Virus record (IMG/VR): IMGVR_UViG_3300022930_000018
Location: 1 to 37,725 of that record
Length of the DNA stretch: 37,725 nt
Origin: a virus
Taxonomy: Duplodnaviria > Caudoviricetes
Reading direction: 5' to 3' (one strand)
The notes beneath the pieces were generated by a model that saw nothing but the letters and a program-made list of their open reading frames with translations, did no database searches and had not been told where the DNA came from. Of this stretch, positions 1-8,304 are shown piece after piece. The first letter of the stretch is position 1, and every line of letters begins with the position of its first letter. The translations under genes were made by a program, and so were the position numbers.

Positions 1-127
1 AAAATAAAAACTAAAAAAAATGACAGAAGACAAAAGACAGAAAATAAAAGCTGAACAAGCTTTACAAGTAGCCAAAACGATACAAAGAAAAACAATCGTA
101 GTTCCGCGCGGAATAACAGGCGATTTA
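1..127. repeat. Terminal direct repeat copy 1 (circular assembly overlap)
   Basis: Identical to 37599-37725; 127 nt is a common assembler k-mer size; the ORF at 37380 reads through the junction. Confidence 0.95.
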
Positions 128-301
128 TTAACCGGGAAAAACCAAATGCCAAACAATAAAAACCCAAAAACTAAAGGAATTAACCACGATGATGTTTTGA
201 AAATGCTAAAAGATGGCGTAAAACATTCAGAAGTGGCTAAAAAATTCAAAGTTAGCACTCAATCGATAAGTTATATCAAAAATAAATATAAAGAGATTTA
301 A
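20..301 (+). CDS. Small protein with C-terminal helix-turn-helix
   Basis: C-terminal MLKDGVKHSEVAKKFKVSTQSISYIK fits an HTH pattern. Confidence 0.65.
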   Translation: MTEDKRQKIKAEQALQVAKTIQRKTIVVPRGITGDLLTGKNQMPNNKNPKTKGINHDDVLKMLKDGVKHSEVAKKFKVSTQSISYIKNKYKEI

Positions 302-304
302 ACC

Positions 305-721
305 ATGAACATTAAAGCCATACTAAACCAACCGATAAGCCGTAAACCAATTTCCGCAAACTTTATAATACCAATACCCGAAAAGCAACTTATAAAACCC
401 GTTCGCACCGTTAAAAGTTTTGACGAGAAAGGAAAAGAAGATATTGAAAAATGGTTATGCTTCTGCGCGATCGGAACAACTATTTTAGACACGGGTACAA
501 AAATGCTATCTCACAAAGGTGTAATTCATAAAAGGGATGCTATTTTCGACCTTATAAAAGCGTTTAAACAGTTACGTAAGCATTTCAGTGGAAACGATAA
601 TTTCGATACCAAAGAACGTGAATTGGATGATTTCTTTTATACTTTTTTAACGAGTGACGAGGCAACGCAAAACCGAATAATTAAGTTTCAGGAATCAATT
701 TTAAATAAAAGTTTAAAATAA
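305..721 (+). CDS. Hypothetical protein
   Basis: 138-aa ORF, 3 nt after the upstream stop, same strand as the operon. Confidence 0.7.
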   Translation: MNIKAILNQPISRKPISANFIIPIPEKQLIKPVRTVKSFDEKGKEDIEKWLCFCAIGTTILDTGTKMLSHKGVIHKRDAIFDLIKAFKQLRKHFSGNDNFDTKERELDDFFYTFLTSDEATQNRIIKFQESILNKSLK

Positions 722-732
722 TTGATATTTTA

Positions 733-764
733 TTTGCGTAGTATTTAACTATTTATTAATTTAG
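733..764 (+). promoter_or_regulatory. Bacteroidetes-type promoter, probably giving a leaderless mRNA for the XRE gene
   Basis: TTTG (733-736), 20-nt spacer, TAATTTAG (757-764), then only 4 nt to the ATG at 769. Confidence 0.55.
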
Positions 765-768
765 CCAA

Positions 769-1059
769 ATGAAAAGACACGATGTTATTAAACTATTGTT
801 AAAACGTAAAGGAATTACACAAAAAGAATTATCCAAAAAGATTGGTATTTCTCAAACTGCAATTTCTTTGATTTTAACGGGCGCAAACAACCCATCAGAT
901 GATACATTTTCAAAAATATCAACTGTTTTGGAAGTTCCTATTGCTATTATCAATTATATGACTTTGAGCGAAAAGGATATTCCGGAAAGCAAGCGAGAAA
1001 TATTCAGGATTTTAAACCCAAGTATGGAAGCATTTTTAAAAAAAATGTTTAATATTTAA
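769..1059 (+). CDS. XRE-family HTH transcriptional regulator
   Basis: KRKGITQKELSKKIGISQTAISLILTGANNPS is a typical Cro/CI-type HTH; no C-terminal peptidase domain. Confidence 0.9.
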   Translation: MKRHDVIKLLLKRKGITQKELSKKIGISQTAISLILTGANNPSDDTFSKISTVLEVPIAIINYMTLSEKDIPESKREIFRILNPSMEAFLKKMFNI

Positions 1060-1076
1060 CACTAAATAACAATACA

Positions 1077-1277
1077 ATGCACGCAGATTTAAAAGGATCA
1101 TTAGACCATATTAACAAGAGTTATAAAACATTTGTACATAATGGCAAATCACTTACTAAAAACCAAGTCATATTTATCTTAGTTGCAGGAATCGCAAAAG
1201 GTTATAAAACTACCGCAGACTTTAAAGAAAATGAGGTTGACGAACTTTTAAAACAACTTGAAACCACCCAAGATTAA
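1077..1277 (+). CDS. Hypothetical protein
   Basis: 66-aa ORF with A-rich leader inside the operon. Confidence 0.65.
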   Translation: MHADLKGSLDHINKSYKTFVHNGKSLTKNQVIFILVAGIAKGYKTTADFKENEVDELLKQLETTQD

Positions 1278-1294
1278 CTTAAATAAAAAATATT

Positions 1295-1486
1295 ATGGAA
1301 AAAGAAACGACCGAAAAAATCACAAAGAGACATTGTTGTCATATTGGATGTGAAGATGAAGCAACACACATAATTCAGTACTCCGAAGGAATCGAAGATT
1401 ATACCGAAATGTGCAAGAGTCATTTATCTGAATATTTACCTGATGACAAAGAAGTTAGGGTTATTCCTGTAGAAATAAATGATTAA
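1295..1486 (+). CDS. Small Cys/His protein, possibly zinc-binding
   Basis: CCHIGC ... CKSH motifs. Confidence 0.6.
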   Translation: MEKETTEKITKRHCCHIGCEDEATHIIQYSEGIEDYTEMCKSHLSEYLPDDKEVRVIPVEIND

Positions 1487-1494
1487 TTAATATT

Positions 1495-1591
1495 GGAGAA
1501 TGTGGCTGATCGGTGATAGCACTTGTATAGCGAGATTATGAAATACAAATCGTACAAGATGGAAGTAGGTTCGATTCCTACCTTTCTCCCA
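1495..1591 (+). tRNA. tRNA-like RNA with extended anticodon arm; identity undetermined
   Basis: Acceptor (G)GAGAATG/CTTTCTC(C) with one T-T mismatch; D arm GCTG-ATCGGTGA-TAGC; stem CTTGTA/TACAAG enclosing 25 nt; T arm GTAGG-TTCGATT-CCTAC; CCA at 1589-1591. Confidence 0.75.
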
Positions 1592-1602
1592 AATTTAAAA
1601 CT

Positions 1603-1626
1603 AAGAGCGGATTAACCCCCGCTTTT
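1603..1626 (+). terminator. Putative intrinsic terminator or processing hairpin after the tRNA-like RNA
   Basis: AAGAGCGG-ATTAACCC-CCGCTTTT. Confidence 0.5.
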
Positions 1627-1650
1627 GGCGGTGAAAACAAAAACAAAATT

Positions 1651-2028
1651 ATGGCAAAACATTATTTAACTGTAAGATGCAAAGAAGATGGTTGTAGAGA
1701 ATGCTCGCACTACGAGTATAATAATCGAAAAGACTATCAAGATGCTATTGTAAGACATAAAAATTATAAATGCTTACGACATTCAGATTATTCTAAGAAT
1801 AGATTAATGAGTATTGATTCTTCTAAAAAAGAGAAAATTCTTATCAACACCAAAAGCAAAACAAATGAGTTTCTTTTTTGGGCAAATGAAGATGGAAAAT
1901 TAGACAGTGGTTTTCAGAGTGGACCAGGATTTCAAGTTTGGAGCAAAGATTTTCCAGAAGGCACAATTTTAAAAGTTACCGCAGAAATTATCTTACCCAC
2001 CCCCGAACTACTTAACCCCTCAAATTAA
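1651..2028 (+). CDS. Hypothetical protein with Cys/His-rich N-terminus
   Basis: 125-aa ORF, CKEDGC ... CLRH. Confidence 0.7.
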   Translation: MAKHYLTVRCKEDGCRECSHYEYNNRKDYQDAIVRHKNYKCLRHSDYSKNRLMSIDSSKKEKILINTKSKTNEFLFWANEDGKLDSGFQSGPGFQVWSKDFPEGTILKVTAEIILPTPELLNPSN

Positions 2029-2036
2029 AACAAAAT

Positions 2037-2777
2037 ATGAAATATATGGGAAGTAAGGCAAGAATAAAAAAAGAAATTTTGCCTATAATTTTAAAAGATA
2101 GAAAGATTAATCAATACTATGTTGAGCCTTTTTCGGGAGGAATGAATATGATTGATGAAGTAACGGGAAATCGCATAGCAAATGATGTTCAACAATATCT
2201 AATTGCTATGTGGAGAGGTTTGCTTAGTGGCGAAAAATATCCAACTTGCATTAATAAAGAATTGTACAATAGCGCAAGAGATGTTTATAATGGCAAAGAA
2301 AATAAGTTAGATTTATCTAATGATCTTATTGGGTGGATTGGATTTATGGGATCTGCTAACGGACGTTTTTTCGATGGAGGTTATTCAGGGAAATCAAAAA
2401 CTAAATTAGGAACTGAGCGAGATTATATTAAAGAAGCTATTTCTAATATAAATAAACAAATAGAAAAATTGGATGGAGTAGAATTGTTTGATTTAGATTA
2501 CTTGGATTTACCAATTCCAAATAATTCAATTATTTACTGTGACCCTCCATATAAAGGCACAAAACAATATTCGCTTTCTAACTATTTTAACCATAACGAC
2601 TTTTGGGATTGGTGCCGAAATATGAAATCAAAAGGTCACACAATTTTCATTAGTGAGTATTCAGCACCCGAAGATTTTATTTGCATTTGGGAAAAAGAAA
2701 TCAAAAGCTCACTTTCGGCAAACGGAAAGACAGGATGTTCAAAAATCAGTACAGAAAAACTATTTACCCTCAAATAA
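2037..2777 (+). CDS. DNA adenine methyltransferase (Dam/D12-like)
   Basis: KYMGSK, YYVEPFSGG (SAM binding), YCDPPY (catalytic), IFISEY. Confidence 0.9.
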   Translation: MKYMGSKARIKKEILPIILKDRKINQYYVEPFSGGMNMIDEVTGNRIANDVQQYLIAMWRGLLSGEKYPTCINKELYNSARDVYNGKENKLDLSNDLIGWIGFMGSANGRFFDGGYSGKSKTKLGTERDYIKEAISNINKQIEKLDGVELFDLDYLDLPIPNNSIIYCDPPYKGTKQYSLSNYFNHNDFWDWCRNMKSKGHTIFISEYSAPEDFICIWEKEIKSSLSANGKTGCSKISTEKLFTLK

Positions 2778-2783
2778 ATAATT

Positions 2784-3035
2784 ATGGAATGGAAAGAATT
2801 TCAAAATAAATATGAAGTCATTAAAGAAGAATTTAATAATTCAGAGTTTGATGAGAGAGTTAAAATGTCAATCAATGGAAGATATGATTCTATTGCAGAA
2901 CTTATTAGAACTAAGGATATTATCAGAGAAAGCATGAACAAGTTAAACGCACGAATTCACACCATATCAAAATCCTTAGATGAAGATTTGAAAGAGCGTT
3001 TAAATAATTCCAAAAACATCAAAGATGAAGACTAA
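2784..3035 (+). CDS. Hypothetical coiled-coil protein
   Basis: 83-aa helical, charged ORF in operon. Confidence 0.65.
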   Translation: MEWKEFQNKYEVIKEEFNNSEFDERVKMSINGRYDSIAELIRTKDIIRESMNKLNARIHTISKSLDEDLKERLNNSKNIKDED

Positions 3036-3504
3036 AGATGAACTTTTGAAGATTTACAGCAGTTATCTGCCTTATGAGTTGAAAGTTGCGCATATTGATG
3101 CTCAATTTGAAAATGGCTATAAAATTTATTTATTAAATGGAATTAGCGAAAAATTTAGATACAAAAGCGAGGATTTGGATGAAGATGATGATAAAGATTT
3201 ACTTAATATCAAAGAAATTCATTTTTGGTTAAAAGATTTTGGCTTAAATAGTACAGCGCACAAGATTAAGCCAATCCTTTACTCGATGGACTATTTAACC
3301 AAAGATGAATTACACAAATACGGATTCGATAATCACGTGGATTGGCTAACAAATGAAAGAGAATCAATAATTAATAAATATGGATATGAATATTTTTTAA
3401 ACAAAATACCTTACGGACATATTCGATATTTAATTTGCAGACACTATAATGTTTTCGGCTTATCAGATTCCGAGTTCATCAAAAAAGAAACTTTAAAACA
3501 ATAA
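3025..3504 (+). CDS. Hypothetical phage protein
   Basis: 159-aa ORF overlapping the upstream stop; YLPYELK ... IKPIL pattern. Confidence 0.7.
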   Translation: MKTKDELLKIYSSYLPYELKVAHIDAQFENGYKIYLLNGISEKFRYKSEDLDEDDDKDLLNIKEIHFWLKDFGLNSTAHKIKPILYSMDYLTKDELHKYGFDNHVDWLTNERESIINKYGYEYFLNKIPYGHIRYLICRHYNVFGLSDSEFIKKETLKQ

Positions 3505-3506
3505 TT

Positions 3507-3986
3507 ATGGAAGCAATTAAAGACAAAACACAAATTTATCTCGACCTCTCTAAATTGAGTGGAGAGGAAATAAAAGAGGTGATTTCGCTATTACCAGAAG
3601 AAAAAATAGAACATGATTATGATATTAATGAGGTGTGTTATTTTTTAATCTACGAAGAAGATGAAGTAAAGTGGTCTGTTTTACATAATTTTTGGATTAA
3701 AGGCAAAAGCGAAATATCCCTTTCAGAATTTCGCCAACTGTTTTCATATAAGGGAGAGGAAGTCTTACAAGTTGAGAAATCCAAAGCTTCAAGTTTCATT
3801 TTAGGGCAAATTGATAAAAAGATTGAGCAGATAAACGAAATTGATATTGCACACACAGAAGGTGTTTTAATCGGTCTTAATATCTGCAAACAATTATGGG
3901 CGCAAGGAACTATTTCCCACGAAAATATTCAAGAAGAAATTTACCACTATCAAGAAGAATTGGAAAGTCTTAAATCTAACAACTAA
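3507..3986 (+). CDS. Hypothetical protein
   Basis: 159-aa acidic ORF, tightly packed. Confidence 0.7.
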   Translation: MEAIKDKTQIYLDLSKLSGEEIKEVISLLPEEKIEHDYDINEVCYFLIYEEDEVKWSVLHNFWIKGKSEISLSEFRQLFSYKGEEVLQVEKSKASSFILGQIDKKIEQINEIDIAHTEGVLIGLNICKQLWAQGTISHENIQEEIYHYQEELESLKSNN

Positions 3987-3993
3987 TAAAACA

Positions 3994-4251
3994 ATGAAAG
4001 AACACAATTTAAAATTAGACATTCAGTATTTCGATGATGCTATTTGCGGAAAGAAAACATTTGAAATAAGATTTAATGACCGTCAATTTATGGCAGGTGA
4101 TAGAATAGTTTTACGGGAATGGGATAGCGAAAAACAAGATTACACGGGTCGGTTAATCGGAGGTTACATTTCTTATGTTTTGCGAGATTTCCACGCTTTA
4201 AAAGATGGCTATGTGGCTTTCGCTTATCATCCAACCGAAACAATAAATTAA
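3994..4251 (+). CDS. ASCH/PUA-like (DUF3850) domain protein
   Basis: HNLK...YFDDAICGKKTFEIRFNDRQFMAGDRIVLREW is the ASCH GxKxxExR signature. Confidence 0.9.
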   Translation: MKEHNLKLDIQYFDDAICGKKTFEIRFNDRQFMAGDRIVLREWDSEKQDYTGRLIGGYISYVLRDFHALKDGYVAFAYHPTETIN

Positions 4252-4259
4252 TAATAGAT

Positions 4260-4580
4260 ATGGAAACACCGAAAGAAAAAGTAATCGAATTAATCAATAA
4301 AGAGTTAGAAGAAAACTACGAGATTCTTAATAATGAAAAGAATTATTATCATGATGATTTTCAAGCGGTAAAAATTCAAACTAATTTTCTCGCAGAAATG
4401 TTATTGGAAGTAGAAAAGATTCCAGATTCTGAAACCCAACTCCAAAAAGACAAAGAAGAGCTTTTGGAAATGCTCAAAATATTTATCAAGGAAAATACAC
4501 CGATTTCAACCTCTCATGAGTATGAGTTTCCTGACTATATGGTAAAAGCTAAATCCCTAATACAAAAGCACAAGGCTTAA
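4260..4580 (+). CDS. Hypothetical protein
   Basis: 106-aa ORF in operon. Confidence 0.7.
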   Translation: METPKEKVIELINKELEENYEILNNEKNYYHDDFQAVKIQTNFLAEMLLEVEKIPDSETQLQKDKEELLEMLKIFIKENTPISTSHEYEFPDYMVKAKSLIQKHKA

Positions 4581-4598
4581 CGCTTAATTAAATTTACC

Positions 4599-5039
4599 AT
4601 GACCCACGCCGATATTATTAATCACACTGCAAAATGGCTTAAAAAACACTCACAAAATATAGCAGTACCCAATTGTAATACAATTCTTAAAGAGTTGAAA
4701 TCTGCGACTGAAAGCGGTGAAATTCCTGATATAATAGCGTGGTGTAGTTGGGCATCGGTTTTAGTAGAAGTTAAAACAAGTCGAAGCGATTTTCTTAAAG
4801 ACAGATTTAAGCCGTTCCGCATTAGTCCAGCAAAAGGAGTAGGTAATTTCCGATACTATATTTCTCCACCGAATATTATCAAACAAAATGAAGTTCCTGA
4901 ATATTGGGGATTGCTTCAAATAAATGAAAAAAGAGAAATCGAAATCATAAAAGTTGCGCAAAATCAATTCGCAAATACTGACTGCGAAAGAACAATTTTA
5001 CTATCACTAATTAGAAGAAATAAAATACTTACACTATGA
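4599..5039 (+). CDS. PD-(D/E)XK nuclease-fold protein (MmcB-like)
   Basis: EIPDIIAW...SVLVEVKTSRSDFLKD...GNFRYY...VPEYWGLL. Confidence 0.75.
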   Translation: MTHADIINHTAKWLKKHSQNIAVPNCNTILKELKSATESGEIPDIIAWCSWASVLVEVKTSRSDFLKDRFKPFRISPAKGVGNFRYYISPPNIIKQNEVPEYWGLLQINEKREIEIIKVAQNQFANTDCERTILLSLIRRNKILTL

Positions 5040-5503
5040 AAAAAATATCCCTTACATTAAAGAGAAAGGTTTTGGTAATTGAATATGATTCTATTATCGA
5101 AATGGAAATCGATGAATTACTTCATAAAGGCTTACCGACAAATGATTTAACGTTACTCGGCTCACCCGATGATTTAAAAGAGGAAGATGTGGAAGATTTG
5201 GTAGAGTATGAATCTAAATTTGATAATTTCAACAGGCTAATTGAAGGCTACAAAGGAAATGGGTATCTATCGAAAACAGCATTAAAACCTTTTTTGGAAT
5301 CAATCGAAAAAGAAATTTATTGGGAAAATCCTTTTGGAAAACAACCAAATCACATGGATTATAAATTTGAAAAATATCCAAATGAATTTCATTTTAAATC
5401 TGAATCCCATAAAAGTCGCTATGGAAATGCTTTTGAAAAATGGCAAGTAGCTGAATTAGGAACCTTCGACAGAACCCGAACTCTCATATTTGTTGAGAAT
5501 TAA
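5036..5503 (+). CDS. Hypothetical protein
   Basis: 155-aa ORF, ATGA overlap with the upstream gene, ends before a terminator. Confidence 0.7.
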   Translation: MKKISLTLKRKVLVIEYDSIIEMEIDELLHKGLPTNDLTLLGSPDDLKEEDVEDLVEYESKFDNFNRLIEGYKGNGYLSKTALKPFLESIEKEIYWENPFGKQPNHMDYKFEKYPNEFHFKSESHKSRYGNAFEKWQVAELGTFDRTRTLIFVEN

Positions 5504-5507
5504 AACC

Positions 5508-5542
5508 AAACTCCCCACCTCATTAGAAGCGGGGAGTTTTTT
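5508..5542. terminator. Intrinsic terminator between the convergent arms, probably bidirectional
   Basis: AAACTCCCC...GGGGAGTTTTTT hairpin between convergent stop codons. Confidence 0.8.
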
Positions 5543-5558
5543 AATCTCATTCTTTTGG

Positions 5559-5783
5559 TTAGTAATTATCGATTCTTTCTCTTAATCTCTCATAAGCTAT
5601 TGTTTGCTCATCAATTTCTTGACTAATAGATACTTTTTCAGCCATTGACAACGTTAAAAAGTCATCACTATTTGAATATTCCGTTAGTTTTACAATATAA
5701 TCATACTGCAGTTTGTGGAATTCAAATGAATTATTTTCATTTAATTTACGACCTCCTATGGTCTCTTTGGGTGGAGTTGGCAT
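5559..5783 (-). CDS. Small helical phage protein (resembles crAss001_48-like family)
   Basis: KL..Y..SDDF..L...E......Q...Y..L.ERI pattern, recognised from memory. Confidence 0.5.
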   Translation of the reverse strand: MPTPPKETIGGRKLNENNSFEFHKLQYDYIVKLTEYSNSDDFLTLSMAEKVSISQEIDEQTIAYERLRERIDNY

Positions 5784-5815
5784 TTATTATTATTTAAAGT
5801 TATGGCATTATTGCC

Positions 5816-6358
5816 TTATAATATTTTTTCAAATAAAGTAGCGTAATTTGCAATTAATTGAGCCTTATCCGTTCCATTAATACATCTTCTTGCACCTTTA
5901 TAATCCTTTATTTTATTATTTATGTAATCTGATATTTTCTTATTCGTAAAGTCTCCTTTTTGAAAACCATCTATCAAAATACGAAACGCATATTTAGGTG
6001 TCATTACTAAATCCGGGTTTTTAACGAAATCTTCACCAATTTGTTTTGAAAACTTTTCATAGTTAGCTTTCCAAGTAATCTGAACAAAACCACGCCCATA
6101 AAATGGAAAATATCTAAGGTTCTTTTTTCTCCAATCTTCTGACAACCAATAAGCCTCTTTAATAGGAAGGAACGTAGCATTTGTCTCGTGAAAAGTTGTA
6201 GCGAATATATACGCCCATTGAGGAACAGTAAACCTTTTAAAATTAGCATCAACCATATCTAAAAATACAGTTAAGGCATTAACCTCAGATTGATCTAATT
6301 TTTTATTTGGATCTAAATTTAATCTATATCCATCGAAGAATTTTTTTCTATTTATCAT
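5816..6358 (-). CDS. Endolysin, glycoside hydrolase family 19
   Basis: AYIFATTFHET and FYGRGFVQITWKANY motifs, ARRCING; located in the lysis cassette. Confidence 0.9.
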   Translation of the reverse strand: MINRKKFFDGYRLNLDPNKKLDQSEVNALTVFLDMVDANFKRFTVPQWAYIFATTFHETNATFLPIKEAYWLSEDWRKKNLRYFPFYGRGFVQITWKANYEKFSKQIGEDFVKNPDLVMTPKYAFRILIDGFQKGDFTNKKISDYINNKIKDYKGARRCINGTDKAQLIANYATLFEKIL

Positions 6359-6969
6359 TTTACGTATTTTTTTACTTTGTTTAATATATCAGTCCAAAAT
6401 CTTGTTTTTCTAAGCCATAAAAATAAAACACAAATAACAATTATAACCAAACCCCACAAAAAGAAAACGCTATAAGTTCCAAAAGTTAAGTCTTTCTTCA
6501 CAACTTCAACTGATTTTTTCTGAACATCTTTAACAGCGTTCTTTACATTTTCAACCGCATTTGATATTGATTTTTCGCTTTTATTCTCATTTACAGTGTT
6601 AACGCTCGAATTGTTATTTATATTTGAATTTTGGCTCTTATTTGAGGTTTTAAATATTACTTCTGCATTTCCGGTAACTTTAAATAAATATATAGTATCA
6701 CCTTTTACAACATTATAATAAATCAAAGGATTTTTTTCGTCTGTCTTTCCTTTAATTTCTACATCTTTTGTTTCCTCTTTTTTAGTTTCGGATTCTACCT
6801 TTTTAACTTCTTTTACAGATTTTGTTTTTACTTCCTCTTTTTGAGTTGTTTCCGTTTTGGAAATAACTGTTTCTTTTATTTCCTCACGATATTTTTCTAC
6901 AATCTTTTTTTTAGTTGAACATCCTAAAATGAAGAAACTAATTACTATTATCAATATTATCTTTCTCAT
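6355..6969 (-). CDS. Lipoprotein with C-terminal TM helix; putative unimolecular spanin
   Basis: Lipobox FFILG-C at the N-terminus, VFFLWGLVIIVICVLFLWL near the C-terminus, between holin and endolysin. Confidence 0.75.
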   Translation of the reverse strand: MRKIILIIVISFFILGCSTKKKIVEKYREEIKETVISKTETTQKEEVKTKSVKEVKKVESETKKEETKDVEIKGKTDEKNPLIYYNVVKGDTIYLFKVTGNAEVIFKTSNKSQNSNINNNSSVNTVNENKSEKSISNAVENVKNAVKDVQKKSVEVVKKDLTFGTYSVFFLWGLVIIVICVLFLWLRKTRFWTDILNKVKKYVK

Positions 6970-7543
6970 TGTCTTCTATTTTAAATGAACTGTCTACTTT
7001 TTGAATTGCTTTCTTTTGAATTATTATTAATATTCTGTCAAAGAACATAAATATCCCAGGCTTTGAACCCGTTAAACTTTCTATATGTCTTCCAATACTT
7101 CCGAACTCAAAACCTATTCCCAAAAACCATAAAACAGATAATGAAGCGGTTAAAAATAACCAAAGCCAATTAATATCCATTGCCTCTGCAACAATCGCTA
7201 AAAACATAACCATTGAAGTGATTATAACCATTGCTGAAACTTTTGCCATCGTATCAACTGCTCTATCCCAATCGAATGCTTCTTTTTTAATCTTTTTTGA
7301 AACCCGTGTGCCAAAATAAAAATCAATCAAAATAATTACCAAGAAGAAAACAATCATTACCGATTCTATAAACATAGGCAAAAAAACATTTTTTAAATCT
7401 GCTTCCTTAAAAAAAACATCATTTAATTTTGTGAAAAATACCGTACTTAATATTGAAGCGCAAAAAGAAAATAATACAGATGCGCCTTGTTTCCAAGTGA
7501 ATATTTTGATTATAAAGCCTAAAAACGCTTGAATGAAACCCAT
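6938..7543 (-). CDS. Putative holin
   Basis: About four hydrophobic segments; IILIDFYFG and E..SI..HI patterns resemble phage holin family 4. Confidence 0.7.
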   Translation of the reverse strand: MGFIQAFLGFIIKIFTWKQGASVLFSFCASILSTVFFTKLNDVFFKEADLKNVFLPMFIESVMIVFFLVIILIDFYFGTRVSKKIKKEAFDWDRAVDTMAKVSAMVIITSMVMFLAIVAEAMDINWLWLFLTASLSVLWFLGIGFEFGSIGRHIESLTGSKPGIFMFFDRILIIIQKKAIQKVDSSFKIEDNEKDNIDNSN

Positions 7544-7920
7544 CGTATTATTTTGATTAGTATTAGACCAAAGATACTGAATAAAAAAGAAGGATATATT
7601 ACCTCACTATAAAAACGCATCCCAAATTTTAAAGACAATGCTAAAATATTAAATAATTGAATTAAAAAATATATCCACGTGACTAAAATTGTATAAATAC
7701 AAAGTTTGTATCTGAATGTTTTAAATATGAAATAAGATGCGAAAATAAATATGACTAATGTATTAGCCATTGGATAAATTGAGAGTAAATAATCACTTCC
7801 TTTCACTTCTCCTAAGTAATTTTCATTAACGCAAATTCGCCAAGAAATAAACTCAATTAAAGTTACTACGAAAATAACCGAAGCCATTAAAAAGTCTACT
7901 GTTTTTATTTTTGATTTCAT
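7519..7920 (-). CDS. Four-TM membrane protein (holin/antiholin candidate)
   Basis: Four hydrophobic segments; first gene of the lysis cassette. Confidence 0.6.
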   Translation of the reverse strand: MKSKIKTVDFLMASVIFVVTLIEFISWRICVNENYLGEVKGSDYLLSIYPMANTLVIFIFASYFIFKTFRYKLCIYTILVTWIYFLIQLFNILALSLKFGMRFYSEVIYPSFLFSIFGLILIKIIRWVSFKRF

Positions 7921-7922
7921 AT

Positions 7923-8303
7923 CTAATTTTTTCTTGAAGATTCAAATTCTTCATCTAACTCCCAATCATCCCGAACCGTACTGTAATTGTCACCGCTTTC
8001 GATTTCCTGCTGAATAAAAGAAAATTCAATTATTCTTTGAATGAATGCTGATCTTAAAGAATGATTATCAAACGTTGGTAATTGAGTTTCTGCAAGTTCT
8101 ACCTGCTCCCACGGAATATCTGTTTTGAAAGGATCTAAAACCATTTGCTGACCTTCTACCTCGTAGTAGTAAAATCCATTCGCAGTAACACCACCGTTAT
8201 TGGCAGAAATATCATTTACAATCAATCGCACGATGTGGGAACCGATAGATTTTAATCTTCTGTCGAACAGTTCTTTTTCAATATTTGTTTTGAATTTTAC
8301 CAT
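7923..8303 (-). CDS. Hypothetical protein, possibly tail-fibre associated
   Basis: 126-aa ORF directly after the tail-tip genes. Confidence 0.65.
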   Translation of the reverse strand: MVKFKTNIEKELFDRRLKSIGSHIVRLIVNDISANNGGVTANGFYYYEVEGQQMVLDPFKTDIPWEQVELAETQLPTFDNHSLRSAFIQRIIEFSFIQQEIESGDNYSTVRDDWELDEEFESSRKN

Positions 8304-8304
8304 T

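Noticed and set aside
1528-1552. Assigning the tRNA-like RNA to Phe (GAA tip), Ala (AGC with a 20-nt intron) or His (G-1:C73)
   Set aside because: The clues conflict and no canonical 7-nt anticodon loop exists; identity cannot be supported
2037-5039. Dam-like methyltransferase plus PD-(D/E)XK protein as a restriction-modification system
   Set aside because: Separated by five genes, and the nuclease looks like the small MmcB-like family rather than a restriction enzyme
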